A DNA stretch of 45,722 nucleotides from Octopus sinensis (taxonomy: Eukaryota), in assembly GCF_006345805.1 (NCBI RefSeq), contig NW_021834648.1, forward strand, positions 1-45,722, read 5' to 3'. Within the stretch, counting starts at the first letter, position 1. Each line of letters starts with the position of its first letter. The translations under genes and the position numbers were made by a program. A model generated the notes under the pieces. It saw nothing but the letters and a program-made list of their open reading frames with translations, was not told the origin of the DNA and did no database searches. Below, one piece after another: positions 23,236 through 35,212 of the stretch.

Positions 23236-23274
23236 CATGTGCTTTACTATATTTGCTCCACTGATACCTTACTA
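23236..23274 (-). CDS. Candidate 39-nt internal exon (unverified)
   Basis: ttttttgcacag acceptor, ATG|gtaagg donor, open in phase 1 (VRYQWSKYSKAH); no homology recognised. Confidence 0.2.
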
Positions 23275-23339
23275 CTGTGCAAAAAACTGCCACTTGGTAC
23301 CTTGGGTTTCCTACTATTATAATTGGCGATCTGGCACAT

Positions 23340-23490
23340 GTGACGGGCTGGCAGAATCGCTGTATTCTGGGCAAAATACTTAACGGCGTTTCGTCTGTCT
23401 TTACGTTCGGAATTCAAATTCTGCCGAGGTCGACTTTACCTTTCATCCCCTAAAATTCCAGGCCTTGTGCCTAGAGAAGAAAGGGTTAGG
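23340..23490 (+). mobile_element. SINE family A, internally deleted
   Basis: gggctggcagaatcgc...gaggtcgactttacctttcatcc...aggccttgtgcctagagaagaaagg. Confidence 0.85.
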
Positions 23491-23506
23491 TTATTATAAT
23501 TGTTAT

Positions 23507-23628
23507 TAAGGCAGTGAGCGGGTGGAATCGTTAGCACACTGGGTAAAGTGCTTAGTGCATTTCATCCGTGCTTTATGTTCTGAGTTCAAATTCAGCTGAG
23601 GCTGACTTTGATTTTTATCCTTTCATGG
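23507..23628 (+). mobile_element. SINE family A 5' half
   Basis: aaggcagtgagcgggtggaatcgttagcac...ctgagttcaaattc...tttatcctttc. Confidence 0.82.
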
Positions 23629-24343
23629 TTCTCAAGCGATGGGCACAAGAAGGATATCTGAATGTGCCGCAGATATTTGAGAAAATACCTCAAAAATTTT
23701 TTTAAAAGCTCATATTAAAGTTTAAGCATTTTGCAAAACGAATTCTTCATAATTCTTCACAAGTACGTTAAAAAGCTGAGCTATACTTTTCAGAATACTA
23801 GTGCGGTGACGGTGGTGGTAGTAGTAGTAGTAGTAGTAGTGTAGTAGTAGTAGCAGCAGCAGCTATAAAACAACTGTATTGGTCTGTGATATATCTTTGG
23901 CCCTGTATGTAAATCATAGTACCATGTCATCGGTTACTGTATGCAATTAGTGCTTGGCATCGTCTCAGACATATTTCTCCCTTAAGCACCATTCTTTCGC
24001 TGATTGCTTTGCTTTCTCTCCACCAGTATTCCGTGAACACACTTGTCCCTTGCTCAATAAAGAAATAACACTTGTCCCTTGCTCTATGTGACTAGATGTG
24101 TATATTTTGTACGTTAGTAAGTATGTATGCGTGCACGAGTATATATTACATACATATATATATATATAATATATGTATGTAATCTCTCTCTATATATATA
24201 TGTGTGTGTATGTGTGTGTGATTATAGAAAATATTAAATTTATATGAAGGTATGTACATAAATACACAACGGATTTGTTTTTATAGAATTGCACACACAC
24301 ACACACACATACTTTTATTTGATAATATGTATATACATTTATG

Positions 24344-24402
<59 letters not shown>

Positions 24403-24424
24403 CGTGTACAAACAATTATAGATA

Positions 24425-24478
<54 letters not shown>

Positions 24479-24627
24479 CGAATTAGTCTGGGTCACTGTT
24501 AATAATAATTTATTTTTTATTACCCTATTTACTATGTTTTATATATATATATATATATGTACATATGCATATATATGTGTATACATATATACATATATAT
24601 ATATATATTATATATATGTACATATAT

Positions 24628-24775
24628 GTGTTGAAGAACGGTTCAAAAGGTTACAGAAAAGACGAAAATCAAGCTATGGTTATGGTACAGAAGTTATGGT
24701 AAATCTGTTGACTGTCTCTGCTTAATGAGGGTGTGTTTGTCTTTAAATATGAAAATCTGAAGACATAAAACTTTG

Positions 24776-24806
<31 letters not shown>

Positions 24807-24819
24807 ACATACGTATATT

Positions 24820-24898
<79 letters not shown>

Positions 24899-25086
24899 AA
24901 TATACGTATGTATACATAGATATATATATATATATATACAAAGTTTTATGTCTTCAGATTTTCATATTTAAAGACAAACACACCCTCATTAAGCAGAGAC
25001 AGTCAACAGATTTACCATAACATCTGTACCATAACCATAGCTTGATTTTCGTCTTTTCTGTAACCTTTTGAACCGTTCTTCAACAC
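24628..25086. repeat. Near-perfect long inverted repeat centred on (TA)n
   Basis: Arms 24628-24775 and 24939-25086 (148 bp, 1 mismatch); the symmetry continues into the TA-rich spacer. Confidence 0.97.
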
Positions 25087-25400
25087 TGCGCCCCACCCTT
25101 ATTCCACCCGGTGTTCTTTCTTCTCGTTCCTTCCGTTTGCCTCCGATTCTCTCCCACATCATTTACCATTTTCTCATTTCTTCTCCCCACCCGCCCACCC
25201 CACTACCCGTTCACTTATCATCACTCCACCTCCAACTATATATTCTTCATCGCCATCCTAAAAGACGTTTAAAACGGTCAGTCAACTTTCCCTGATTTCT
25301 CAAACTGCTTTTTTCACTAATTTTCGACCCCACCCATCACACACGTAATTTACTACACATACACTCACAATCACGAGCACATATATACAAACACACACAC
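24939..25400 (+). mobile_element. Probable Penelope-like 3' fragment
   Basis: [10 protein letters not shown] resembles the GIY-YIG C-terminal (K)PSLNR motif, followed by a stop and a pyrimidine-rich UTR; flanked by microsatellites. Confidence 0.45.
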
Positions 25401-25461
25401 GACATACACACGACGTCCTGTACCCATATAGGCATATATACACATATATATATACATTTAC

Positions 25462-25464
<3 letters not shown>

Positions 25465-25552
<88 letters not shown>

Positions 25553-25565
25553 AAGAAGAAGAAGA
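25465..25565. repeat. (AAT)n-(AAG)n microsatellite
   Basis: Direct. Confidence 0.95.
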
Positions 25566-25587
25566 ATATAAATAATATATATATATA

Positions 25588-25768
25588 CCGGAGTAAACAC
25601 ATAAATGTGAAACAAGGTGGAAAAAAGAGTACTCAAATACCAGTGGTAGAGTAATATGCTTTATTTAAAGCAGCAGAAAATTCAACAAAACCTGTTACTC
25701 TGAGTTTCCCGTTGCCGTTGAATGGGAAAGTCAGAGTAACAGGTTTTGTTGAATTTTCTGCTGCTTTA
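25588..25768 (-). mobile_element. Penelope-like terminal fragment with fold-back end
   Basis: 38-bp perfect IR at 25666-25703 and 25731-25768; GAAActcagagTAacag (hammerhead 3' half) in the left arm and a 1-nt variant in the right arm; ends at (TA)n. Confidence 0.5.
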
Positions 25769-25784
25769 GATAGAGTATATATAT

Positions 25785-27185
25785 AAACTAATCACCTTCC
25801 TTGAAGAAAATGACTTGCTGCCTGACACTCAACATGGTTTCCGACCAGGAAGAAGCTGCTTAACTCAGCTCCTACAACACTATGACTGGGTGCTGAAACG
25901 ACTGCTCAACCATTCAAATGTGGAAGTCATATATCTCGACTTTGCAAAGGCCTTTGATAAAGTCGATCATGGAATGCTATGTCACAAACTGCGTGATCTT
26001 GGCATAGTTGGAAAATTGGGAGAGTAGCTTCATGACTTTCTGAAGGATAGAAGTCAGGTGGTAGTAGCCATTTCCACTAACACGCAAATAGTAAGCGGTG
26101 TTCCGCAGGGCACTGTTTTGGGACCACTACTGTTCATAATGGCCCTCTCAGACATACCCTCAGCCACTCAGAGAGCCACGATCACAAGTTATGCAGATGA
26201 TACAAAAGTTTCACAGGCAATACAGAACCCTGAAGACACTAAGCACCTGCAATGTGAGCTGGACAAAATATACAAGTGGGCTGAAAAGAATAGCATGCAG
26301 TTCAATGCTGAAAAGTTTCAAGCTCTATGCTATCAGCACGCAAAACTAAATGCAATACCCAATAAATACACTGGACCTGGAGGGACTGCAATCCCAGAGG
26401 CACAATCAGTGCGAGACCTGGGTATTTACATGAGTGATGATGCAACCTTTCATGTGCATGTTGCTAAATTGGCAATGAAATCTAGGCGGCTGACCGGATG
26501 GATTCTTAGAGCTTTTAGAACAAGAGACCAGGAAACCATGATGGTCCTCTGGAGGACACTTGTCCTAAGCCACTTTGACTATTGGTCTCAGCTATGGTCA
26601 CCATCCAGTGTCAAGTTAATCACAGAACTTGAGGCGATCCAACGAAGCTACACGAAAAAGATAGCCTCTGTGCAGCATATAAGCTATTCGGAAAGACTCA
26701 AGAGATTGAGACTCTATTCCTTAGAGCGTAGGCGAGAAAGATATGCCATAATATACATCTGGAAGATCCTAGAAAGACTTGTCCCAAACTTTGGCATCGA
26801 TAGTTACACAAATGCCAGAACTGGACGCCACTGCATAGTGCCAAGGACTCCAAATTTGCCATCAAGATGTAGGACAAGATACTGTGATAGCCTGGGCTTC
26901 CGAGGCCCACGGGTCTTCAATATCCTCCCGAAGAACCTAAGAGACCTGTATGGGGTGGATGCAGATGTCTTTAAAATGAAACTGGATCTCTTCTTGTCAG
27001 GTATCCCAGATGAACCAACTTCACGGCAGGAGGTGCAGATGAGGGCAGCTGCATCGAACTCTCTCATGCACCAAATGGCAATTGCTAAAAAGCATTCGTG
27101 AAGTAAAATCATGTAGCAACACCAAATGGCGGTGCCCCAGCATGGCCACAGCTAGTGAGCTGAAACTAGATAAATAAATAAATAA
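25785..27185 (+). mobile_element. 5'-truncated CR1/L2-group LINE, RT domain and 3' end
   Basis: QHGFRPGRSCLTQLL, YLDFAKAFDKVDH, SGVPQGTVLGPLLF, YADDTK, LYSLERRRERY; premature TAG at 26025-26027; ORF stop at 27101; 3' UTR with hairpin and (TAAA)n tail. Confidence 0.95.
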
Positions 27186-27259
27186 TATATATATATATAT
27201 ATATATATGCATATATATATACGTAAATGTAGATATATCTATACGTATATATATGCATA

Positions 27260-27608
27260 TGTGGGCAAAGGATTTTGAAACGTATACGACAAAAAATACG
27301 AAGTACGAGTACATGGTCTATGAAGTATTCTTTTGAACAACGAAAGACACAAATGGCACACAAGAAAACAACATAAGGGACGACCCTTCATCAGTTATTG
27401 GCTGGTTTTCTAGTCTCGTATTTCGAGCATTTAACAACAATATACTCTTTCGATTAAGAGTATATTATTTGCAGTCGTATATGTTTCTCAACAGCAGGGC
27501 TCATTAGCCACCAACGGAACCACAAATGCAAAATATAATTTAGTCCAAGACCGCACAATGTTCCTGAAGGTCAGCAATGGTCTTCCTCAGTCACGAGTGG
27601 ACGGCCAT
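27260..27608 (-). mobile_element. Possible Penelope-like pseudo-LTR fragment
   Basis: Non-coding island between (TA)n and (ATGT)n carrying CTGATGA, CTGAGGA and CTAATGA...GAAA motifs on the minus strand, and a 10-bp hairpin aatatactct/agagtatatt. Confidence 0.35.
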
Positions 27609-27609
27609 C

Positions 27610-28008
27610 ATGTATGTATGTATGTGTGTATGTATGTATGTATGTATGTATGTATGTGTATGCATGCATGTATGTATGTGTATGCATGCATGTATGTATG
27701 TATGTATGTGTGTATGTATGTGTATGCATGCATGTATGTATGTATGTGTGTGTATGTATGTATGTATGTATGCATGCGTGCATGCGTGTATGTGTGCATG
27801 TATGTATGTGTGTGTGTGTATGTATGTGTGTGTATGTATGTATGTATGTGTGTATGTATGTGTGTATGTATGTGTGTATGTATGTGTGTATGTATGTATG
27901 TATGTATATATGTGTGTATGCATGCATGTATGTGTGTATGCATGCATGTATGTATGTATGTATGTATGTATGTATGTATGTATGTATGTGTGTATGTATG
28001 TATGTATG
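27610..28008. repeat. (ATGT)n/(GT)n array
   Basis: Direct. Confidence 0.97.
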
Positions 28009-28249
28009 AACATACGTACATCCATACAAGCGCGCGAGGGAAGAACGAAGTAGAAAATGCGGTAAAAGACAGGAATGACTGACTTCAAATGCTTATTATT
28101 TACATCTCAATCAAATTCTCTGTAATCCACCCATTTACCAATTGTATAGAATTGACTCCCCGAGATGTACCCTCCACCACCAGCTACGGGTACACCATAA
28201 CCCTTACCAACACCGTTACTAATACCAACACAGCCAACTTACCGCCGCC

Positions 28250-29110
28250 ACCGTTGTTATGCCCAACATCATCACCATCGACATCATCATCATTATCATC
28301 ATCACCGTCGTCGTCGTCATCATAGTCAACATCATCGTCACCATCATCACCATTACCATCATCATCGTCTAAATCACCATCGTCATCACTATCATAACCG
28401 TCATCATCATCATCACAATCGATATCGTCATCATCACCATCGTGAACATCCTCCTCCTGATAAGACTATCACTCCTCCTTCTCCTCCTCCTCCGCCTCCT
28501 CTTCCTTCTCTTCATCTTCTTCTGCTTCCTCCTCTTCTTCTTCCTCCTCCCCTTCTTCCTCCCCTTCTTCCTTCTTTTCTTTTTCCTTCTCTTCCTCCTC
28601 CACCTCCTCCCCTCCTTCACTTCCACCTCCTCCACTTCCTCTTCCTCATCCACCTCCCCTCCTCCTCCTCTTACACTTCCTTTTCCCTCTTCTTCCTCCT
28701 CCTCCCCTTCTCTTACTCCTCTTACTCCTCCTTCCCCTCCACTCCCCTTCTCCTCCTCCTCCCCTCCTCCTCCTCCTCCTCGACCTCCTCTTCCTCCTCG
28801 TCGTCGTCGTCATCATTATCATCATTATCACCATCACTATCACCATCATCGTCATCATCATCATCATCTTTATCATCATCATCATCATCATCAATATCAT
28901 CATCTTTATCATCTTTATCATCTTTATCATCATTATCACCATCACTATCATCATCATCGTCACCATCATCCTAATAATAATCGTCATCATCATCATTATC
29001 AACATCCTCCTCTGCTACTAATATTATTCTTCCTCTCCTCCTCCTCCCCTCCGCTTTCTCATCATCATAATCGTCATCATCATCATCATCATCATCAACA
29101 TCAACATGAC
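28250..29110. repeat. Compound (CAT)n/(CTT)n/(CCT)n tract
   Basis: Direct; source of the 297-aa low-complexity ORF. Confidence 0.92.
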
Positions 29111-29544
29111 CACCAGCATCTACCTCCTCCAACACCAGCAACACCGCTCCAACCCCCATCATTAACCTACTGGCGATCGCTATACATTACCCTGTCCTCT
29201 TCCCACCCCGACTGTCATCAACCCTGCTCCAGTTCTGCCGTCACCCGAAGCCGACGAAAACTCCAGCTCACACCTTCTAAGCTGAATATCAAAGGCGGGT
29301 GGATGTTAAGTTCTGTTACGGAGATTTTGAGGTAGAATGGCCGCCAGCTGGAAGTGAACGGGTGGGTGGGTGAGTGGGAGGGGGTATTCAAGTAGGGTTA
29401 TAGCAAGGGGATTAAAGACAAAGAAAAGGATGGATACACACACATACAGACACACACAGCGCACATGCTCATATACGCATATGGTATATGTATGTATATG
29501 TATATATGTATATATATGCATATATATATGTATGCACATATACA

Positions 29545-29586
<42 letters not shown>

Positions 29587-29807
29587 CATACATACATATA
29601 CATATATATATATATTATAAAATATTATTATTAATATCAGAAAATAAATATTAGAAAATTCTTCAGAAAGATATATACGTATGTAAAATAATTGTTATAT
29701 TAAAATAAAAATATATATAAATATATGGAAATATGTAATAAGTATAAATATATAATAATAAATATGACATTTTAAAAGTTTCGAATTAAGTTTTTAAAAC
29801 ATCTTAC

Positions 29808-30115
29808 CATCGTTTCGCAGAAGTCCTGTCCCTATAATGGTATCCTATATTGATAAGCATTTATAGACAACTCTTCTGCTCTTCAGAGATATAAAATGTG
29901 AAATTTGTATAATTTAACGAATCGTAGTTTTTAAAAATATGAAGTAATATGGCAAAATGGTGTCTGTTTGAAATATCAAATAAAAATTTTAAAATTACTG
30001 CTTTTGATTTTGGTAAGTACAGTTTAGTATGAGAATCTTGAAATTCATATATTCCTCCTTGGTAACTCTTCGGTAGTAATCCATAATAATTATGTATAAA
30101 ATCCATTATATTGTC
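29808..30115 (-). CDS. Candidate exon pair 30115-29999 and 29844-29808 (unverified)
   Basis: tacag|GAC...GCA|gtaatt (117 nt) and atatag|GAT...GATG|gtaaga (37 nt) are frame-compatible; no homology recognised. Confidence 0.2.
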
Positions 30116-30429
30116 CTGTATTCCAAATATTGTTCATAGACTTAAATAATATAAAATAAAATTATTTGTGAAATTATAAAATTATTAATTGGTGAAAGTA
30201 TTTCTTTTATATTTTTATATGTATAATTGGAAGATTCCAATTAAATTTTAAAATTTTAATGCAATTATAACTGTCCATTTGTTATAGATTAGAGGTACAC
30301 GGGTTCTAATTCCAAGAATAACTATTCAATATTTATATAATGTATAATTTACGTCATGTAAATATGCGTATAGTCAATTAATTCTAATTAATTTATCTAT
30401 CTGTCTATTTATAAGTATCACCTTATATT

Positions 30430-30995
30430 TTGATATCACAAAACGAGCATTTTCGACACTTTCTTTTTTATTTTAATCAAGGTTCTAAGGCTCGCGACAT
30501 TTGTGCTGTGCATGAAGAGGGAGCCATAGCTGAAAGAACCGCTCGTGATTGGTTTTGAAATGGAAATTTTAACCGCAAAGTGGCTCCTCGTTCTGGCCGT
30601 CCAGTTGAGTTCGATGAAGAACGATTAAACCAACTTTTGCACGAAAATTCTCATGAAACGACAAGGGAATGCTCCGACTGCTATAGAGAAGCATCTCCAC
30701 TCAATGGGAAAGGTTCAGAAGTATGGAGCATGGGTTCCGCATGCTTTAAGTGACAACAACAAAAATCAATAAGCCAAAATCTCCGCTGGTTTGTTTGCTC
30801 GTCACCGCTCAACTCATGGACACAAGCAACGATTTCTTTACCGAATCGTTGCTGGCAACGAAAAATGGTGCTTGTACATCAATATGAAGCAGCGTAAGGA
30901 ATGGCTTAGGCCCGTTAAACAAGATCTTCATCCGCGTAAAACGATGTTGTGTGTATGGTGGGACTGGGAAGGGATTATCTATTACGAATTGCTTG
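30430..30995 (+). pseudogene. Decayed mariner (DD34D) transposase, N-terminal two-thirds
   Basis: QNEHFRHF, AERTARDWF, AWVPHAL, FLYRIVAGNEKWCLYIN, KTMLCVWWDWEGIIYYELL; truncated by (TA)n. Confidence 0.92.
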
Positions 30996-31344
30996 TATAT
31001 ATACATTTATACATACATATACATTTATACATACACACATATGTGTGTGCGTGTATGTTTGTATAATTACGGATATGGACACAAGTTGACACACAGACAC
31101 AAATATATTTATAAGAGTATGTGGATCCGTAGAGAAACAGATCGATGGATACATATATAAGTAGAGATATACAGATATATTTAAGCATATTTATTTAAAC
31201 ATACAACGCAAACACACACACACACGTATGTCTATATACATATATATATATATGTATGTATGAAGATATATACGTGCATACGCGCAAACACGCACACACA
31301 CATATACATATATATATATGCGTGTGTGTGTGAGTGTGTGTGTG

Positions 31345-31815
31345 TGTACACTCTGTGTCATAAGAGAATAAGAACTCTTATCAATATTTACACTCTACTT
31401 CAGTATTGAGTGCTTCTTTGCATTTTGTTTGTAAAATGGTGCGTGGAAGAGAGAAAGGTGAAAGTCTTTTGTTGACGGAGTAATTGAAGAGGCGGGGAAA
31501 GTTCAGTTGACATAGAAGAGAAATATATTAAAAGGGAAAGGTGACAAAGTGAAGAGGAGGGGGAGACACCTAGAGGTATGTAAGGGCGAGGGTGGGGAGG
31601 GCGAGGGCGGTGGGAGTGATAGAGTGAGCAGGGACTATGTACGGAAGGAAAGGTGTGAGTGAAGTAGAGGAGGTATGTGTGTGTGTGTGTGTTTAGACGG
31701 AGGTGAGGTAATTGCGGAGGCGGAGAAATGTGACACAGGAGCAGATTTAAAAGGAAAAGCTGACGGCGAGAGAAGGAGACGTAACGAGTTAAAGATTTGG
31801 GAGAAATGAGGTGAA

Positions 31816-31848
<33 letters not shown>

Positions 31849-31995
31849 GGGGGGAATGTAGAGAGGAAGGGGAGAGAGAACGAAAGTGTGAGATAGGGAA
31901 AAGAAAAAAAGGAGGATGAGCGAGGGCGGAGGGGAACGGAACGGTAAAAACAGAGGAACCGAACAATAGCTAACGTTGGCTTCGTGCTTGGATGT
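31345..31995 (-). mobile_element. Possible Penelope-like 3' fragment (pyrimidine-rich)
   Basis: KPTL-like motif followed by a long C/T-rich tract on the minus strand, lying between microsatellites. Confidence 0.25.
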
Positions 31996-32096
31996 GTATA
32001 AACATATATATATATATATATGTATGTGTGTGTCTGTGTCTGTGTGTGCGTTAATCCGGATGGTTTTATATTTACAGATATTTATTAGTATGTTAC

Positions 32097-32127
<31 letters not shown>

Positions 32128-32311
32128 GAAAAATCTGAAGATTCAGGAAAAAATTATATTACCTACACATAAGAGGGATGACCACTGAGTGGACATCCAT
32201 TATGATAGAGGTAGACCCCATATGGTCTGACCACTAAGAAAAGATTGTTCTCAAGAAAATTCATCAAACGCCAGAACGTATACATGTACTCTTTACCTAT
32301 ATATATATATG

Positions 32312-32362
<51 letters not shown>

Positions 32363-32394
32363 CATGTGTGTGTGTGTATGTATGTATATATACA

Positions 32395-33030
32395 TACATA
32401 CACGTGGTCCTTACTGTATCGCTGGGAAGGTCTTCGGATACTTCCATGATCTTAGCTCCCAGCTCACTTTAGTATTGCAAGCAGAGCAGTTGGTATCTCT
32501 CTCAACCACGACCCTAACATTAGTAACCCTTGGAATTACAATAGGGGCCATTAGGAGTCTAGAAATTGCGGCTGGGGAATTCGGAGACCCGACAACAGCT
32601 TCTGACTCCTTCTGACGGAGGGTATGGAAAAGAGCTGAATCCTTCTGTCATACATGTGTCCTTCTAGCAGCAATCCATTCCAGCCAGGGTTTCATTCACA
32701 GTCTCCAACGGCTTCACAAAGCCGTCTGAATTGTTCAACGGTGTGGGGATGAACTCTGGCGCACGGACGCAGTTAGAACGCTTGCCGTGTCCTTTCTTGC
32801 TGACCACGGCTTCGCAGTCCTCATTTGCAGCTGTTGCATGTCCAGTCTGACATCCTTTACACTGTTCACAAAGCATTGACCAGCAGTCATGCAGATGGCA
32901 TATTGATGCCAGGCGTGAATCCTCATCATACGGGCAACTCTTTTCTAATGCACAGATGTCTTCCAGTCCTCCACTTCAGCTGACTTTTTCTCAACTACAT
33001 CCTTCATGTCTTATGTTCTCCAACGCCGTT
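32395..33030 (-). pseudogene. Second decayed maT/DD37D element with a large internal deletion
   Basis: Shares cacagtctccaac...gccgtctgaatt and attgaccagcagt with 17650-18680; KRSNCVRAPEFI fused to LNNSDGFVKPLETV. Confidence 0.75.
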
Positions 33031-33069
33031 GACTGTGCATCGAAGCCAAGCGCCAATAATTTTTAAAAT

Positions 33070-33169
33070 TCAGGTACTTATTCCATCAGTGCCGTTTGCC
33101 GAACCACTGGGTTACGGAGACGTAAACAAACACAACCGATCGTCAGGCGGTGGCGGAGGTACAAACACA

Positions 33170-33201
<32 letters not shown>

Positions 33202-33360
33202 ACATATATATGTATATAATTGACTTCCTCACAGTTTCCGTTAACAAAATTCACACACTAGGCATTAATCAGTCCGAGACACTTTCCAAATAAACCGTAC
33301 ACTTAGGTTGAACCCGGAACCACGGGGCTGCAATGCGAGGTTCTTAACCACAGAGCCATA
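33070..33360 (-). mobile_element. Decayed SINE family C
   Basis: ttgccgaaccactgggttacggagacgtaaaca...(CA)n...cagtttccgt...gaacccggaaccacg. Confidence 0.8.
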
Positions 33361-33630
33361 CTGTTGAGATAACGATATTTCCTGTGTTGAAGAAGGTAAA
33401 ATTTGAAACAAGGACAGAAGGCATCGAAGCAAACGCTGTAAGGATTGCATTGTGTTTATTAAACACACACACACACGCACACACACACACATAAATTCAC
33501 ATACATACACTGGGAATCACAGATAATATACACACATATACATACACACACGCGCCTTTGCACGTGAATGCGTATGTACATGTGTGAATGTGAATGCATG
33601 TGTGTATTTATATATGGGAATAGAGAGAGA

Positions 33631-33800
33631 CAGAGAGAGAGAGGATGAGAGAGAGAGAGGATGAGAGAGAGAGAGGATGAGAGAGAGAGAGGATGAGAGA
33701 GAGAGAGGATGAGAGAGAGAGAGGATGAGAGAGAGAGAGGATGAGAGAGAGAGAGAGGATGAGAGGGAGAGAGAGAGGATGAGAGGGAGAGAGAGAGGGA
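33631..33800. repeat. ~16-bp minisatellite (GAGAGAGAGAGAGGAT)n
   Basis: Direct. Confidence 0.92.
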
Positions 33801-34138
33801 CGAGAGATAGTGGAGTGAGTGAGGTTGGTGGCTAAGGTGTATTAATTTGCATTTCTGTCTCTAAAAGTGTTAGTAAAGTATAGTTTCAATTAGCATATAT
33901 TAATTGCTTCTTGTATTTTAATGAGTGACAAATGTTAATTAATCCAGATAGCTATCGCTGTATCGTTTGTCTCCTTCTTCAGCTGAAAATCTCACAACTG
34001 GCTGCCGTAATTGATTACAGTTTCAATATCATGTTTAGTCTCAAGAGAATCTAAGGAATGTGGACGAATTCCATTGCACGCTTTGGCCAGAGAACCACTA
34101 ACAAGTTGGCGACGGTTCTCATTGCAAATTCACTTATA

Positions 34139-34395
34139 CAATACTCCCTCGCCATATCGCGGTTCACCTATCGCGGTTCATCTATCGCGGTTCACCTATC
34201 GCGGTTTATTATTTAAGCTTATGTTAATTCCTCCGTGGTGTTGTTTTGCTTTTGTAATAAAATAAATATATACAAATTATAAGAATAATAATAAAAAAAT
34301 ATACAGTACTATTTCTATTTCGCGGATCTTCTCCTCTCGCGGGAGTGAGGCTGGGGCGTTGGAACGTGTCACCCGCGATAGTCGAGGGATTACTG
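34139..34395. mobile_element. pogo/Tigger-like MITE
   Basis: TA-CAATACTCCCTCGCCATATCGCGG ... CCGCGATAGTCGAGGGATTACTG-TA: imperfect TIRs and TA TSD. Confidence 0.8.
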
Positions 34396-34437
34396 TACTC
34401 AGCTTGTATGATATTGTTTTTTGATTTAAAATTCTTT

Positions 34438-35040
34438 ATTTATTTCTTGACTGCTCACTAGGGGCTCAACATTAAAGAGGACAAACAAGGACAGAAAAAG
34501 GGATCACGTCGATTACATCTACTCCAGTGCGTAACTGATACTTATTTAATCGACCCGGAAAGGATGAAAGGCAACGTCGATTTCGACGGAATTTGAACTC
34601 AGAACGTAACGGTAGCTGAAATACCGCTAAGTATTTCGCCCGGCGTGCTACCGATTCTGCCAAAATAATCTTTTCTACTCTAGGCACAAAGCCTGAAATT
34701 TTTGGGGAAGGGGAAAGGCGGTGACATCGACCCCAGTACTTAACTGGTATTTAATTCATAAACCCCGAAAGGATGAAAGGCAAGTTGACCTCGACAGAAT
34801 TTGAACTCGTACAAAATACTTATTTCTTTACTACCCACAAGGGGCTAAACACAGATAGGACAAACAAGGACAGACAAACGGATTAAGTCGATTATATTGA
34901 CCCCAGTGTGTAACTGGTACTTAATTTATCGACCCCGAAAGAATGAAAGGCAAAGTCGACCTCGGCGGAATTTGAACTCAAAACGTAACGGCGGACGAAG
35001 TACGGCTAAGCATTTCACTCGGCGTGCTAACGGTTCTGCC
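34438..35040 (-). mobile_element. Chain of three SINE family A copies
   Basis: 34438-34661, 34671-34808 (3' part) and 34813-35040, each with gaaaggatgaaaggc(aa) or gaaagaatgaaaggc(aa) followed by gaatttgaactc. Confidence 0.9.
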
Positions 35041-35212
35041 CTTTTCAAATTCGTAATTGAGATACGTATGTAAGAGATTGTGTTCAAATGTTATTTGTTC
35101 GTAAAACACATATCGCTGATTTTGTGAAGGATATCATAAATTCCTCTACAAAGTATAGACATCTATTTTTCATTGAATCCAACTATTAATATTTAAAGAG
35201 AATATATGAATA

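Noticed and set aside
25257-25283. cctaaaagacgtttaaaacggtcagtc as a decayed hammerhead
   Set aside because: It needs several assumed mutations and a deleted GAAA, so it cannot be supported from this copy alone.
27474-27510. Hammerhead-like CTAATGA...GAAA on the minus strand
   Set aside because: The core is mutated, stem II does not pair, there is no NUH triplet and stem I does not form.
28442-29335. 297-aa ORF
   Set aside because: Entirely CTT/CCT/CAT low-complexity repeat with no coding signature.
29360-29384. G-quadruplex motif GGGTGGGTGGGTGAGTGGGAGGGGG
   Set aside because: The motif is real but resembles a short (GGGT)n microsatellite, with nothing pointing to function.
32125-32300. Non-repetitive island between (TA)n tracts, possibly another PLE end
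   Set aside because: Only a degenerate TTGATGA...GAAC motif and no second copy in the window to support a call.
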